Source of the DNA: an uncultured Chloroflexia bacterium
Lineage (GTDB): Bacteria; Chloroflexota; Dehalococcoidia; UBA2979
Reading direction: 5' to 3'
Assembly: GCA_963728205.1 (NCBI GenBank)
Contig: CAVSIV010000002.1
Location: 32,001-96,000, forward strand
Length of the DNA stretch: 64,000 nt
Shown: positions 51,816 to 63,868 of the stretch, one piece after another
Position numbering within the stretch: the first letter of the stretch is position 1
Layout: every line of letters starts with the position of its first letter
Position numbers and translations under genes: made by a program
Notes under the pieces: generated by a model
The model's database searches: none
Told to the model about the DNA's origin: nothing
Seen by the model: only the letters and a program-made list of their open reading frames with translations

Positions 51816-52151
51816 GCGAACCTCTCTCGCGGCACGGTCAATCGAAGGCGGGAGGTTCGATTCTATCGGAGCCCCCGCCGGGGGCCACCCGGTGAAGTGC
51901 GTGGGCGGCCCCGAACATCGACCCGCGGCGCGGCGAGCACGGGCGACCGATCGCGCAGGGGACGCCGGACGGTACGGAGCGTGGCTCGCCGCCGCGTCGG
52001 CCGGTGCGGCCCCGGTGCCGTGGTTCGGCCGGAAATACGGCGGCCTCGCGGTCCCTGCTCGGCCGGGCGGAGCGGCGCCATGGCCGCGCGCGCGCCGCGC
52101 AGTGGTAGAGTGCCGCCGTCCCCGACGGACGTGATGGATGGAGGAGGCCCG

Positions 52152-52574
52152 ATGGCGACCGCGGACGAACTGCGCGCGAGGATCGAGAAGAACCGCCACG
52201 ATCTGCACGCGGCGATCGAGGCGGCGGCGGCGCGCTGGGACGCCGGCACCGACGACGAGTGGGGCCCGCGCAAGATCGCGGAGCACGCGATCGGCGCGGA
52301 GCGTGCGTTCGCGGGCCGCATCGCCACCGCGATGCAGGGGAAGCCGCCCGAGCGCCAGCCGCTCGAGCTGACCTCGAGCGCCGCGGCGCTCGACGCCGCT
52401 GCCGCGGCGGAGGCCGACTTCAACCGGGTCGCTCGCTACGTCGAGGATCGAGACCTCGCGAAGGCGGCCGAAGTGACGGGCAACTACCCGCAGACCGTCG
52501 AGGGCGCGCTCCAGCTGAGCGCCGATCACCTCGCCGATCACGCCAGGCAGCTGCAGGGGGTCGCGGCGGGCTAG
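52152..52574 (+). CDS. DinB/YfiT-like protein
   Basis: GGAGGAGG RBS; W...KIAEH and H...H..QL metal-binding pattern. Confidence 0.75.
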   Translation: MATADELRARIEKNRHDLHAAIEAAAARWDAGTDDEWGPRKIAEHAIGAERAFAGRIATAMQGKPPERQPLELTSSAAALDAAAAAEADFNRVARYVEDRDLAKAAEVTGNYPQTVEGALQLSADHLADHARQLQGVAAG

Positions 52575-53332
52575 CCGCTCCCGCTCGAGTCCGGCGCCGG
52601 GGCGGCGCGACGACGCTCGCGCTCCTCCCGGCGCGGCACGACCCACAGCCGGATGATCGACACGGCGATCAGCGCCGCCGCCAGCCCGAACCAGGTGGCG
52701 GCGTACTCGAGGTGCGGCGTCGTGTTCTGGAAGCCGATGTACTGCTGCAGCGGCAGCGCGCCGTTGTCGAACTCGAAGTCCTGCACGAGGCGGCCCTGCA
52801 GCACCGCCCAGCCCACGACGGGGTAGGGCAGCGTCTTCCCCATCGCAACCGGGTCGAGGTGCGACCAGGCGCCGTTCGGCAGCAGGTGGCCGCCGAAGTC
52901 GCTGGCCGTCACCGCCATCCCCGCGACGCTGCCCGTCGTCTGCGCCGCGAGCTGCTGCAGCACGGTCGCACGCTGCTGGTCCGGCATCCACCCGCGGTCG
53001 ACGAGCAGGGCCGGACCGCCCGGCGCCAGCAGCAGCGGCGTCACCGCTTCGACGCCGAGCGTGTCGAATCGCACCCGGTTCGCGACGAGCATCGTGTGCG
53101 CGTTGTCCCACGTGCCCGTCGCGGCGACGTGCCGCCATTCGACGTCGCCGGGCGCGCTGTCGAGCAGCGTCGTTGCGTCGACGGGCGCGGCCGTGGTGCG
53201 CGCGGTGCGCTCGGCGATCACGCCCTGCTTCCAGAAGTAGCGGTAGACCTGCCAGGTGCCGAGCGCGGTGAGGCCGAGCACGACCAAGACGACGGCGGCG
53301 ACGGCGGCGGCCGTGCGCGGGCGGACTGACAT
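52571..53332 (-). CDS. SURF1 family protein
   Basis: LGTWQV.R..WK, LVDRGWMP, HLEYAATWFGLA. Confidence 0.92.
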   Translation of the reverse strand: MSVRPRTAAAVAAVVLVVLGLTALGTWQVYRYFWKQGVIAERTARTTAAPVDATTLLDSAPGDVEWRHVAATGTWDNAHTMLVANRVRFDTLGVEAVTPLLLAPGGPALLVDRGWMPDQQRATVLQQLAAQTTGSVAGMAVTASDFGGHLLPNGAWSHLDPVAMGKTLPYPVVGWAVLQGRLVQDFEFDNGALPLQQYIGFQNTTPHLEYAATWFGLAAALIAVSIIRLWVVPRREERERRRAAPAPDSSGSG

Positions 53333-53470
53333 GCGCGATGTGCCTCCGGATGGTCGGGGTATGGCCCAGTCTCGGACCGGTGCTCAGGACGCGCAACGCT
53401 CGGGGCGCCGGAGGTTGCCGCTGGCCCCGCGCGGGTGTCTGATCGGCGTGGCGGAGACCCGGCACCGGGG

Positions 53471-53508
53471 GACACGTGCTCGTCTCGAGACTGAAACATT
53501 GTTGAAAC
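53471..53508 (+). promoter_or_regulatory. GlnR-box-like direct repeat
   Basis: GAAAC-N6-GAAAC (53493-53508) with weaker pentamers in 11-bp phase at 53471 and 53482. Confidence 0.55.
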
Positions 53509-53582
53509 GTCGGTGCCGTAGCTTCTTCCCGTCACCACCCGGATTCAGCGGCGTCCCACGCGCCAGTCGAGATGGAGCATCG

Positions 53583-54635
53583 ATGACCCCTCCGTACCGG
53601 GCCGAATACATCTGGATCGACGGTACGCAGCCCACGGCCAAGCTGCGCTCGAAGACGAAGATCGTCGAGGCCGGCGACCAGCCGCCCGTCTGGGGCTTCG
53701 ACGGCTCCAGCACGAACCAGGCTCCCGGCAGCAACTCCGACTGCGTGCTGAACCCGGTGTTCATCTGCCCGGACCCGATCCGCGGCGGTGACGACAAGCT
53801 CGTGCTCTGCGAGGTGCTGCTCACGGACATGACGCCGCACCCGACGAATACCCGCGCGCCGCTGGCCAAGAGCGCGAAGAAGTTCGCGAAGCACGACACC
53901 TGGTTCGGCATCGAGCAGGAGTACACGTTCTTCGAGGGCGCGCGGCCGCTCGGCTTCCCCGAGAACGGCTTCCCGCCGCCGCAGGGTGGCTACTACTGCG
54001 GCGTGGGCGCGGACGAGATCTTCGGCCGCGAAGTCGTGGAGGCGCACACGAGCGCATGTCTCGCCGCCGGCCTCAAGATCGCCGGCACGAACGCCGAGGT
54101 GATGCCCGGCCAGTGGGAGTTCCAGATCGGCCCGGCCGGCGCGCTCGACGCGTCCGACCACCTGTGGGTTGCCCGCTGGCTGCTGTACCGCATCGCCGAG
54201 GACTTCGGCGTGTCGGCGACGCTGTACCCGAAGCCGGTGCGCGGCGACTGGAACGGCGCCGGCGCGCACACCAATTTCTCGACGAAGGAGATGCGCGAGT
54301 CGTACGACGCCTGCGTCGCCGCGGCGAAGGCGCTCGGCACGAAGCACGACCTGCACATCAAGAACTACGGCTACGCGATCGAGGAGCGCCTGACGGGTCT
54401 CCACGAGACCGCGCACTGGTCGCAGTTCCGCTACGGCGTCTCCGACCGCGGCGCGTCCGTGCGCATCCCGTGGCAGGTGGCCCGCGACAAGAAGGGCTAC
54501 ATCGAGGACCGGCGCCCGAACGCAAACATGGACCCGTACACGGTCACGCGGCTGATCGTCGACACGGTCTGCGGCGCGGCCGACGCCCCCGCGAAGGCAG
54601 CGGCCAAGAAGGCGCCCGCGAAGGCGCGCGCGTAA
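53583..54635 (+). CDS. glnII: Glutamine synthetase type II
   Basis: About 350 aa; AEYIWIDG, LRSKTK, WGFDGSSTNQA, NAEVMPGQWEFQIG, GDWNGAGAHTNFS, EDRRP. Confidence 0.96.
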   Translation: MTPPYRAEYIWIDGTQPTAKLRSKTKIVEAGDQPPVWGFDGSSTNQAPGSNSDCVLNPVFICPDPIRGGDDKLVLCEVLLTDMTPHPTNTRAPLAKSAKKFAKHDTWFGIEQEYTFFEGARPLGFPENGFPPPQGGYYCGVGADEIFGREVVEAHTSACLAAGLKIAGTNAEVMPGQWEFQIGPAGALDASDHLWVARWLLYRIAEDFGVSATLYPKPVRGDWNGAGAHTNFSTKEMRESYDACVAAAKALGTKHDLHIKNYGYAIEERLTGLHETAHWSQFRYGVSDRGASVRIPWQVARDKKGYIEDRRPNANMDPYTVTRLIVDTVCGAADAPAKAAAKKAPAKARA

Positions 54636-54658
54636 GCGCGACGGCAACGGCGAACGCG

Positions 54659-54687
54659 AGAAGGGGCCCCCGCCGGGGGCCCCTTCT
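54659..54687. terminator. Bidirectional terminator hairpin
   Basis: 13-bp stem AGAAGGGGCCCCC/GGGGGCCCCTTCT between convergent genes. Confidence 0.75.
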
Positions 54688-54694
54688 TCATATG

Positions 54695-54726
54695 GCTCGC
54701 TTCGAGCGGCGCCGCTCGAAGCGAGC
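54695..54726. repeat. Perfect 32-bp palindrome
   Basis: GCTCGCTTCGAGCGGC followed directly by GCCGCTCGAAGCGAGC. Confidence 0.85.
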
Positions 54727-54729
54727 TCC

Positions 54730-55632
54730 TTATTCCGTGCCGGCCACCTTGCGCTCCTTCGGCGCGCTGTCGTAGCGGCCGCGGAAGTCGCGGAACGGCC
54801 CGTCGCGCCACTCGAGCGCGGCCTTCAGGCCCTCCTCGCGCACGTGGCGGCCCCACTCGCCGGCAGCCGGACGGTAGGCGCTCAGCGCCTGGATCTCCGT
54901 GCCGGACCACAGCCCGGTCCGGATGCCCATCACCTCGTACTGCCGGTTCACCGAGCGCTTTGAGTACATCAGCATGTCGTTGTCGATGTGCGCCATCCGC
55001 CGCGCGAAGCGGTCCGTGAAGTCCGCGAGCTGCTCCGCGGGGACGGCGTAGTTCGCCCAGCCCAGCCGCTCCATCTCCGCGCCGGAGATCGGGTCGCCGA
55101 CGAACGCGAACTCGCGTGCCTTCGCGGCCGGCAGGTACCAGGGCGCCCACATCATGTCCATCGTCGTCATCGCGCGCACCGGCGGGTAGCCGATCTGCGC
55201 GTCCTCCGCGACGACGCGGAAGTCGCAGATCGTCGCAAGCTCGGTGCCACCGGCCAGGCAGTAGCCCTGGATCGACGCGATCACCGGCTTCGCCAGCTCC
55301 CAGATCGCCCAGTTCGTCATCACGACGTGGCGCGACCACTGCTGCTGGCCGGGGTGCGTCGTGTTCGTGTCGGGCATCAGCGAGTGCCTGTTCACGTACG
55401 CCGAGTCGGCGCCGGCCGCGCGCGCGGGGGAGAGGTCGTAGCCCGCGCTGAAGGCGCGGCCGGCGGCGCGCAGGACGATCACGCCGACGTCCGGGTTCGC
55501 CTCTGCTTCCTTCATCGCGTCGATCATCTCGCCGCGGAGGTTGTTCGAGAGCGCGTTCAGCTTCTCCGGGCGGTTGAGGGTGACGAAGGCGACGCGGCCG
55601 TCGACCTCGTACAGGACGTCGCTGTAGGACAT
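54730..55632 (-). CDS. Enoyl-CoA hydratase/isomerase family protein
   Basis: LNRPEKLNAL, FSAGYDL, KPVIA...GYCLAGGTEL. Confidence 0.92.
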   Translation of the reverse strand: MSYSDVLYEVDGRVAFVTLNRPEKLNALSNNLRGEMIDAMKEAEANPDVGVIVLRAAGRAFSAGYDLSPARAAGADSAYVNRHSLMPDTNTTHPGQQQWSRHVVMTNWAIWELAKPVIASIQGYCLAGGTELATICDFRVVAEDAQIGYPPVRAMTTMDMMWAPWYLPAAKAREFAFVGDPISGAEMERLGWANYAVPAEQLADFTDRFARRMAHIDNDMLMYSKRSVNRQYEVMGIRTGLWSGTEIQALSAYRPAAGEWGRHVREEGLKAALEWRDGPFRDFRGRYDSAPKERKVAGTE

Positions 55633-55728
55633 GGCGCCTCCACGGGCTGCGCGTAACGCGGGTCGGGACGGCGCGATGGTGTGCGCCGCGCGCGAGCGCG
55701 TCAAGCCGGCGCGGGGCGGCGCGCCCCG

Positions 55729-56952
55729 TCAGCCGATAGCGAGGGGAATGGTCATCTCAGCGGGCGAGAGACCGGAGTGCTGCGAGCGCTGGCGGAGGAA
55801 CCGCTCGCCGCCGGGGACGCCGGAGAAGCGCATCACCTCGCCGCCGAGGGCGAGCGCCGTGTAGTCGCCCACGCGCGCCCGCGTCTCGGCGCTGAGCGGC
55901 CCCGGGCCCATCAGGCGCAGCGCGTCGAGCTCGTCGGTCGCGAGCAGCAGCCACGTTTCGCCGAAGCGCTCGCGAAAGGCAGCCACGAACGCATCGTGGT
56001 CCGCCGGCGCGGAGCCCGGGTGCAGGTGGAAGTAGACGGCGCGCACGTCACCGGTCGGGTGGCAGCGGAGGAAGTCGAGCAGGACGTCCCCCTGCTCAAT
56101 CATGCGGTGGCCGCCGTCGACGACGTCGCGATGACCGTGGTCGGCGGTGACGATGAGGCGCGTCGGCGCCGGGAAGTCGGCCAGCCGCTCGGCCAGCGCG
56201 GCAAGCTGCTGGTCGAGCTCGCGGACCGCGGTGATGGTCTGCTCGTCGCCGGTGCCGAGGTCGTGCGCGAGCGTGTCGATGCGCGGCGTGTACCAGTAGG
56301 TGTAGGACGGGCCCTCGGCGGCCTCGATGCGCTCGGCGACGCGCTCCGTCGCCTCGCGCAGCGAGTCGTAGCCCGTGCGCGGGCAGCCGCCGCCGAGGTA
56401 GCGCGAGTACACGGAGTCGGTGATCGCGCGCGGCAGCACCATCTCCGGCGCGAAGCGCATGCGCGGCATCAGCGTCGGAACCGGGAAGACCTCTGCCGGC
56501 GGGATGCCCAGTTCGTCGAGCGGCTGTTCGTCGGCGAGGCGCTGGAACGGCAGCGGGGCGGCGACGACGTCGCGCCCGGGCAGATAGGTCCACCACCCGG
56601 TCGCCGCGTGCTCGGTCACCCAGCGCCCGGTGGCGACGCTCGTCAGTGAGACGGCGGTGGTGGGCGGGAACGGCGCAAGCAGGCGGCGCTCGAGGTGCGT
56701 GCGCAGCCACGACTCGGCCGGGAGCGCGTCGACGAAGTGCGTGCCCAGGCCGTCGGCGAGCACGAGGACGATGTGCTCGGCGCCGGCCAGCCGGGCGCCG
56801 ATCGCGCGCGCGTGCTCGCTCGGCTCGAGGCCCGCCACGCCGGCCGCTCCCGCGATGGCGGTGGCGAGATCGAGGAGGTTCGCGCGCTCGGCCGACGGCC
56901 GGACGAGGCGGCCGTCCGAGAACGCCGCAAGCAGCCGGTCGACGTCGCTCAT
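55729..56952 (-). CDS. Alkaline phosphatase superfamily (nucleotide pyrophosphatase/phosphodiesterase-like)
   Basis: LADGLG, FPPTTA, D...H, TADHGH, HSGLS. Confidence 0.88.
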   Translation of the reverse strand: MSDVDRLLAAFSDGRLVRPSAERANLLDLATAIAGAAGVAGLEPSEHARAIGARLAGAEHIVLVLADGLGTHFVDALPAESWLRTHLERRLLAPFPPTTAVSLTSVATGRWVTEHAATGWWTYLPGRDVVAAPLPFQRLADEQPLDELGIPPAEVFPVPTLMPRMRFAPEMVLPRAITDSVYSRYLGGGCPRTGYDSLREATERVAERIEAAEGPSYTYWYTPRIDTLAHDLGTGDEQTITAVRELDQQLAALAERLADFPAPTRLIVTADHGHRDVVDGGHRMIEQGDVLLDFLRCHPTGDVRAVYFHLHPGSAPADHDAFVAAFRERFGETWLLLATDELDALRLMGPGPLSAETRARVGDYTALALGGEVMRFSGVPGGERFLRQRSQHSGLSPAEMTIPLAIG

Positions 56953-57028
56953 CGGCGCGAATCCCCGTTTCCCGTAGGGCGCTGCCTTGCAGGGTACCCG
57001 GACGGGACATCTGCCGGGTCACCGCAGG

Positions 57029-58351
57029 CTACGGATAGCGGTATTCGCGGATGCCGCGCATCGCACGCCAGATCACGAGCGTGGCGGCCACGCCGATCAC
57101 GCCGCCGAGCAGGAGCGTGTTCTTCGCGCCGATCGCGGCCGACATCACGCCGACCTCGATCGTGCCGGCGTTGTTCGCGCTCTGCGCGACCAGCGACTGG
57201 AAGCTGAGCGCGCGGCCGAGCATGCGGTCGGGGGTCGTGAGCTGCACCGTGACCTGGCGCATCGTCATGCCGACGGCGTCGGCCGCCCCCAGCCCGGCGA
57301 TCACGACGACGCCCATCCAGGTGGCCGTGCTGAACCCGAACGCGAAGAGCAGGAACGCGTAGGCGAGCGTCGCGTAGAGCACGATCATCCCCTTGGGCCG
57401 CACGCGCGCGAGGAACAGCACGACGAAGCTCCCGCCCACCGCGCCGAGCGAGTTCGCCGCGGTAAGCACGCCGACCGCGGCGGCCCCGCCGTGGTAGAGG
57501 CGGTCGACGAGCAGCGGCAGGATCTGCCGGTAGAAGCTCACGACGGTGATGCCGATGTCGAGCACGAACAGGCCCGGCAGGATCGGGTGCTTGCGGACGA
57601 ACTGGAAGCCGTCCCAGATCTGGCGCGCGGTGGACTCCTGCGGGCGGCCGGTCGAGCCTTCGGGGATGCCCGTCACGCGGATCGCGAGCGGCAGCAGGAT
57701 GCTCGGCAGCGAGACGAACGTGGTGACGACGAACGCGGCGGTCAGACCGAGCCACGAGACGACGCCGGCGAACAGCAGCGGGGCGATGATCGCGCCGGCC
57801 TGCTGGGTGACGGTGTTGGTGGTGACCGCGTGCATGAGGTGCGTGCGCGGGACGACCGTGCGGGTGAGCGCCGAGCGCGCCGGCGAGCCGAACACGCCGC
57901 TCACGCTGGTCACCGCGATCACGAGGTAGACGTGCCACGGCGCGAGCCGGCCGGCGACGGCGAGCACTGCGGCCGCCGCAATCAGAGCGGCCGAGACCGC
58001 CTCGGTGCCGGCCATCAGCCGCTTGCGGTCCGCGTGATCGGCGAGCGTGCCGCCGAACAGCAGCGCCGGCACCTGCACCACGAGCTGCACGGCGCCGATC
58101 AGGCCGAGCTGCACCGCCGAGCCCGTCGCCTCGAAGATGAACACGGCCGTGACCAGCAACCGCAGCTGCACGCCGACGATCGACGCGAGCGAGCCGAGCC
58201 AGAGCAGCCGGTAGTCGACGAACTCGAACGCGGACCAGGGGCGTAGCGCCGGCGGGTTTGTCTCGCCGGCGAGCACCGGCGCCGGTTCGAGTTCGGGTTC
58301 GGGTGCCTGCGGGACCGGCGGCGCGCGCGAGGGATCGGGGGCGTCGTCCAC
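57029..58351 (-). CDS. MFS transporter (EntS/DHA3-like)
   Basis: YRLLWLG, GGTLADHADRKR, TPDRMLGR; about 12 TMs; start uncertain. Confidence 0.88.
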   Translation of the reverse strand: MDDAPDPSRAPPVPQAPEPELEPAPVLAGETNPPALRPWSAFEFVDYRLLWLGSLASIVGVQLRLLVTAVFIFEATGSAVQLGLIGAVQLVVQVPALLFGGTLADHADRKRLMAGTEAVSAALIAAAAVLAVAGRLAPWHVYLVIAVTSVSGVFGSPARSALTRTVVPRTHLMHAVTTNTVTQQAGAIIAPLLFAGVVSWLGLTAAFVVTTFVSLPSILLPLAIRVTGIPEGSTGRPQESTARQIWDGFQFVRKHPILPGLFVLDIGITVVSFYRQILPLLVDRLYHGGAAAVGVLTAANSLGAVGGSFVVLFLARVRPKGMIVLYATLAYAFLLFAFGFSTATWMGVVVIAGLGAADAVGMTMRQVTVQLTTPDRMLGRALSFQSLVAQSANNAGTIEVGVMSAAIGAKNTLLLGGVIGVAATLVIWRAMRGIREYRYP

Positions 58352-58359
58352 GGGCGGTG

Positions 58360-60450
<2,091 letters not shown>

Positions 60451-60629
60451 GCGGGCCACGGTACCGCAGGGGAGTGCGCGGGGGCACGGGTGAGGGCGAG
60501 CGCGGGCACACGCACCGGGCTCGAGCGGGGCCGGCAAGGGTCCGGTCCGAACGGCTGCCGGCTGACGAGCGGGGACGACCATCGGATCGAGCACCGGAGG
60601 TACGCCCCGCGCTCCCGTGGTCGATGGCG

Positions 60630-61430
60630 CTATCGGGCGTTGGCGAGGCGGGCCTGCACCGAGCGGCCGTAGCGGCCACGCGCGTCGAACTGCGAGAGCT
60701 CGACGACGCCGATGCCGCCGTCCTCGAGGCTCGAGTCGACCTGCAGGCAAATCCACTCGCCGACGGGCGGGTGGAGCAGGTAGAGCGTGATGTCGGTGTT
60801 GATCATCGAGCGCCCGCCGCCGTTCACGTTCACGTTCGCGAGCGCGTTGCCGAAGTCCGACACGGCGGCGGCGCGCTGGAGCGGGGTGAGGGGCTCGCCC
60901 TCGACGAGCGGCAGCGGCACGCGGAACCACACGGTCGGCGGCGCCTCGTCCCCGCGCCCGCTGACCCAGCGGGTCTCGACCAGCGTGTGGAAGCCCGTCC
61001 GCATGTTCGGCGGCGGTGCGCCGCCGAGGCGACCGCCCATCAGCGAGGTCGTCTCGATGCCGTCCGGGCCGCGCGGCCGCGGTGGGACCGCCGGGTGCGC
61101 ACCCGGCGGCTCCAGCCGTCGCAGGATCAGCGCGTGCGCGCGGGCCACCTCGACGCCGTCGGCGAGCAGCGAGGCGCGCATCGCGACGATGCGCCGCCCG
61201 GCGCGGATCGGCTCCGCGTGGAGCTCGAGCGGCGCGAGCGGGACGGCACGAAAGAGGTCGATGGTGAGTCGGACGACCTGCAGCTCAGGCGCGGAGACGG
61301 CCTGCTCGATGGCGCGCGCGAGCAGGCCACTCGGGGGACCGCCGTGCAGGACCTCGGATCCCCATGGGCTGGCGGCGTGGCGGGTCGGGATGAACCGGTC
61401 GCCGTCGCGTCGGAACACCGCGTCCGCCAA
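60630..61430 (-). CDS. Double hot-dog thioesterase family protein
   Basis: SPW....[20 protein letters not shown]. Confidence 0.88.
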   Translation of the reverse strand: MADAVFRRDGDRFIPTRHAASPWGSEVLHGGPPSGLLARAIEQAVSAPELQVVRLTIDLFRAVPLAPLELHAEPIRAGRRIVAMRASLLADGVEVARAHALILRRLEPPGAHPAVPPRPRGPDGIETTSLMGGRLGGAPPPNMRTGFHTLVETRWVSGRGDEAPPTVWFRVPLPLVEGEPLTPLQRAAAVSDFGNALANVNVNGGGRSMINTDITLYLLHPPVGEWICLQVDSSLEDGGIGVVELSQFDARGRYGRSVQARLANAR

Positions 61431-61503
61431 GCGGGCTCCTGTCGGGAAGGGCCGCGCGGCCTCGCGCCACGCGGGGCCGGAGGGCGCGCGCCGGGTGGGC
61501 CGT

Positions 61504-61725
61504 CTACTCGGCGGCGGGGTCCGCTGCCTGCGGGTGCGGGTTCACGGGCGCCCAGCGCTTCGGCTCGTCCGGCTGCTCGTCCGTGTCTTCCGCGGCCGGC
61601 TCCGAGCGGCCGATGCCGAGGATGTCCTCCTTGAAGATCCGTGCCTTGTCGCGCACCGTCCGCGAGAACGGCGCGGCGGCGATGAGGGCCGGACCCCAGA
61701 TGTAGACCGGGCAGCCACCGGGCAT
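61504..61725 (-). CDS. Small hypothetical protein (73 aa)
   Basis: GGAGGAG RBS before MPGGCPVYIWGPALIAAAPF; acidic Pro-rich tail. Confidence 0.6.
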   Translation of the reverse strand: MPGGCPVYIWGPALIAAAPFSRTVRDKARIFKEDILGIGRSEPAAEDTDEQPDEPKRWAPVNPHPQAADPAAE

Positions 61726-61816
61726 GAGCGTCTCCTCCACCGTGGTTCGCGAGCGCCTCGTCATGCTAGCAGGGGGCGTCACCTCCGGGAAATGCGCGGT
61801 GCACGCGGGGCCGCGG

Positions 61817-62800
61817 CTAGCCGTGGCGCGATGGGTCCATCACCGCCGCCGCCAGGATCTCGTCGGGCGACACGCTGCCGGGCGCGCCGCCCTCGCGCGC
61901 CACGGTCTCCGCGACCCGCGAGATGGTGCGGTTGATGGGCGTCACCACGCCATGGAGCATCCCGAGCAGCGCGATCTCGCCGTTCAGGTAGTCGGCCTCC
62001 ACGCTGCCGGTCGCGCGCGCGAGGCTCTGCCACGTGGAGCTGCCACCGCGCGGCGCGCCCTCCACCTCGCCGACCGGGACCTCGCGCGCAAGTGCGCGCA
62101 TCTCCTCGTGCGACGCGCAGGCGATACCGGCCGCCTCGAAGCACGCGAGCGCCTCCCCGCGCACGCGACGCATCAGCTCACTCGTCGCCTCTCCGGGCGG
62201 GCACAGCGCGTTGACCGCGTTGCCGAGGTTCTGCAGCAGCTTCCCGTACTTCAGCCGCATCACCGCCGGGTCGGGCCGGCTGACGAAGCCCGCCGCCTGC
62301 AGGTCGGCGCACACGTGCTCGGCGATGGCGTCGATCCCCGAGGGGAAACGGCCGAGGTCGAGCAGCCCGGGCACGCGCGAGCCGTGCAGGACGACCACGC
62401 CCGGCTCGAGGAACGTCGCCGGCATGTAGACGACCATCGCGTAGACCCGCCAGAAGAGGCGCGCGGTCATGCGCTCGTTGTCGACGCCGTTCTGCGCGCA
62501 CACGACCGGCACGCCGTTGCCCGCCGCCGCTCGCAGCGCCGCCAGCGCTGCCGCCGTGTCCTGCGACTTCATCGCGAGCAGCACGACGTCGTCATGTGCG
62601 AACGCGATCTCGGAGGGGTGGCCCACCGCCGGGACGGGGAGCGTGGTGTCGCCGTCGGGCGCGCGCAGGGTGAGGCCATCGGAGCGCAGCCGCTTGAGGT
62701 GCGCCCCGCGGGCGATCAGCACGACGTCGCGGCCGGCGGCGAACAGCCGCCCGCCGATGCCGCCGCCGATCGCACCCGCGCCATAGACGATGTAGCGCAC
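61817..62800 (-). CDS. Ketopantoate reductase (PanE/ApbA) family protein
   Basis: GAGAIGG, ARG.H, MKS, QNG, KL..N, SSTWQS, E.DYLNG. Confidence 0.9.
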   Translation of the reverse strand: MRYIVYGAGAIGGGIGGRLFAAGRDVVLIARGAHLKRLRSDGLTLRAPDGDTTLPVPAVGHPSEIAFAHDDVVLLAMKSQDTAAALAALRAAAGNGVPVVCAQNGVDNERMTARLFWRVYAMVVYMPATFLEPGVVVLHGSRVPGLLDLGRFPSGIDAIAEHVCADLQAAGFVSRPDPAVMRLKYGKLLQNLGNAVNALCPPGEATSELMRRVRGEALACFEAAGIACASHEEMRALAREVPVGEVEGAPRGGSSTWQSLARATGSVEADYLNGEIALLGMLHGVVTPINRTISRVAETVAREGGAPGSVSPDEILAAAVMDPSRHG

Positions 62801-62938
62801 GCCGGCCCCCCTTCCGGCGGATCCTACGGCAGGCGTGGTACCGGGCCACCGGTGAGTGTGCGATGCTCGATGCCCGCCGCCACTCGGTGAGCGCAGCGCA
62901 TGACGCCGGCCCGCGCCGGCGCCGATGGGTGGAGTCGC

Positions 62939-63868
62939 ATGTCCGCGATCGTGCAGGGCCGCCGGCTCGTGCGTGCCTTCGGCGACCTCAGGGCCGTCGA
63001 CGGAATCGACTTCGACATCGAAGAAGGCGCCGTCTTCGGCATGCTCGGCCCGAACGGCGCAGGCAAGACGACGACGATTCGCATGATCTCGTGCGTGATG
63101 CCGATCACGAGCGGCGTGCTGTCGGTCGACGGTCTCGACGTGCGCTACCACGACCGCGAGATCAAGCGCCGGCTGGGCGTGGTTCCGCAGGACGACAACC
63201 TCGACGAGGACCTCACCGTGCGCAAGAACCTCGAGGTCTACGCGCGCTATTACGACGTCCCGCGACGGCTCGCGGAGCAGCGCATCGCGGAGGGCCTCGA
63301 GTTGATGCAGCTCGCCGACCGCGCCCACGCGCAGATCGACGACCTGTCGGGCGGCATGAAGCGCCGGCTCGTGATCGCGCGGGCGCTCTTGAACGAGCCG
63401 CGCGTGCTGATCCTCGACGAACCGACGACGGGCCTCGACCCGCAGGCGCGGCACCTGGTGTGGCGCAAGGTGCGGCTGCTCCGCGAGCGCGGCGTCACGA
63501 TCCTGCTGACGACGCACTACATGGACGAGGCCGAGCACCTCTGCGACCGGCTCATGATCATGGACCACGGCCGCTGCCTCGCCGAGGGCTCGCCGCGGCA
63601 GCTGATCGACCAGTACGCGGGCAAGGACGTGCTCGAGGTCCACCCGACGCCGGCGCAGCGCGACGCCGTCGTCGCCTACCTGGAGCCGGCCGTCGCGGGT
63701 CGCGGCCGCATCGAGGAGATCGAGGACGTGATCTACGCGTTCGGCGCGACCGACGAGCACGCGCACCACCTCGAGCAGATGGTGGGCGATCCGTACCGCG
63801 TGCACTTCCGGCGGTCGAACCTCGAGGACGTCTTCCTCACGCTGACGGGACGGGCGCTGGTCGAATGA
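62939..63868 (+). CDS. ABC-2 exporter ATP-binding protein (NodI-like)
   Basis: GPNGAGKTT, LSGGMKRRL, LDEPTTGLDPQAR, LEDVFL.LTGR. Confidence 0.93.
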   Translation: MSAIVQGRRLVRAFGDLRAVDGIDFDIEEGAVFGMLGPNGAGKTTTIRMISCVMPITSGVLSVDGLDVRYHDREIKRRLGVVPQDDNLDEDLTVRKNLEVYARYYDVPRRLAEQRIAEGLELMQLADRAHAQIDDLSGGMKRRLVIARALLNEPRVLILDEPTTGLDPQARHLVWRKVRLLRERGVTILLTTHYMDEAEHLCDRLMIMDHGRCLAEGSPRQLIDQYAGKDVLEVHPTPAQRDAVVAYLEPAVAGRGRIEEIEDVIYAFGATDEHAHHLEQMVGDPYRVHFRRSNLEDVFLTLTGRALVE

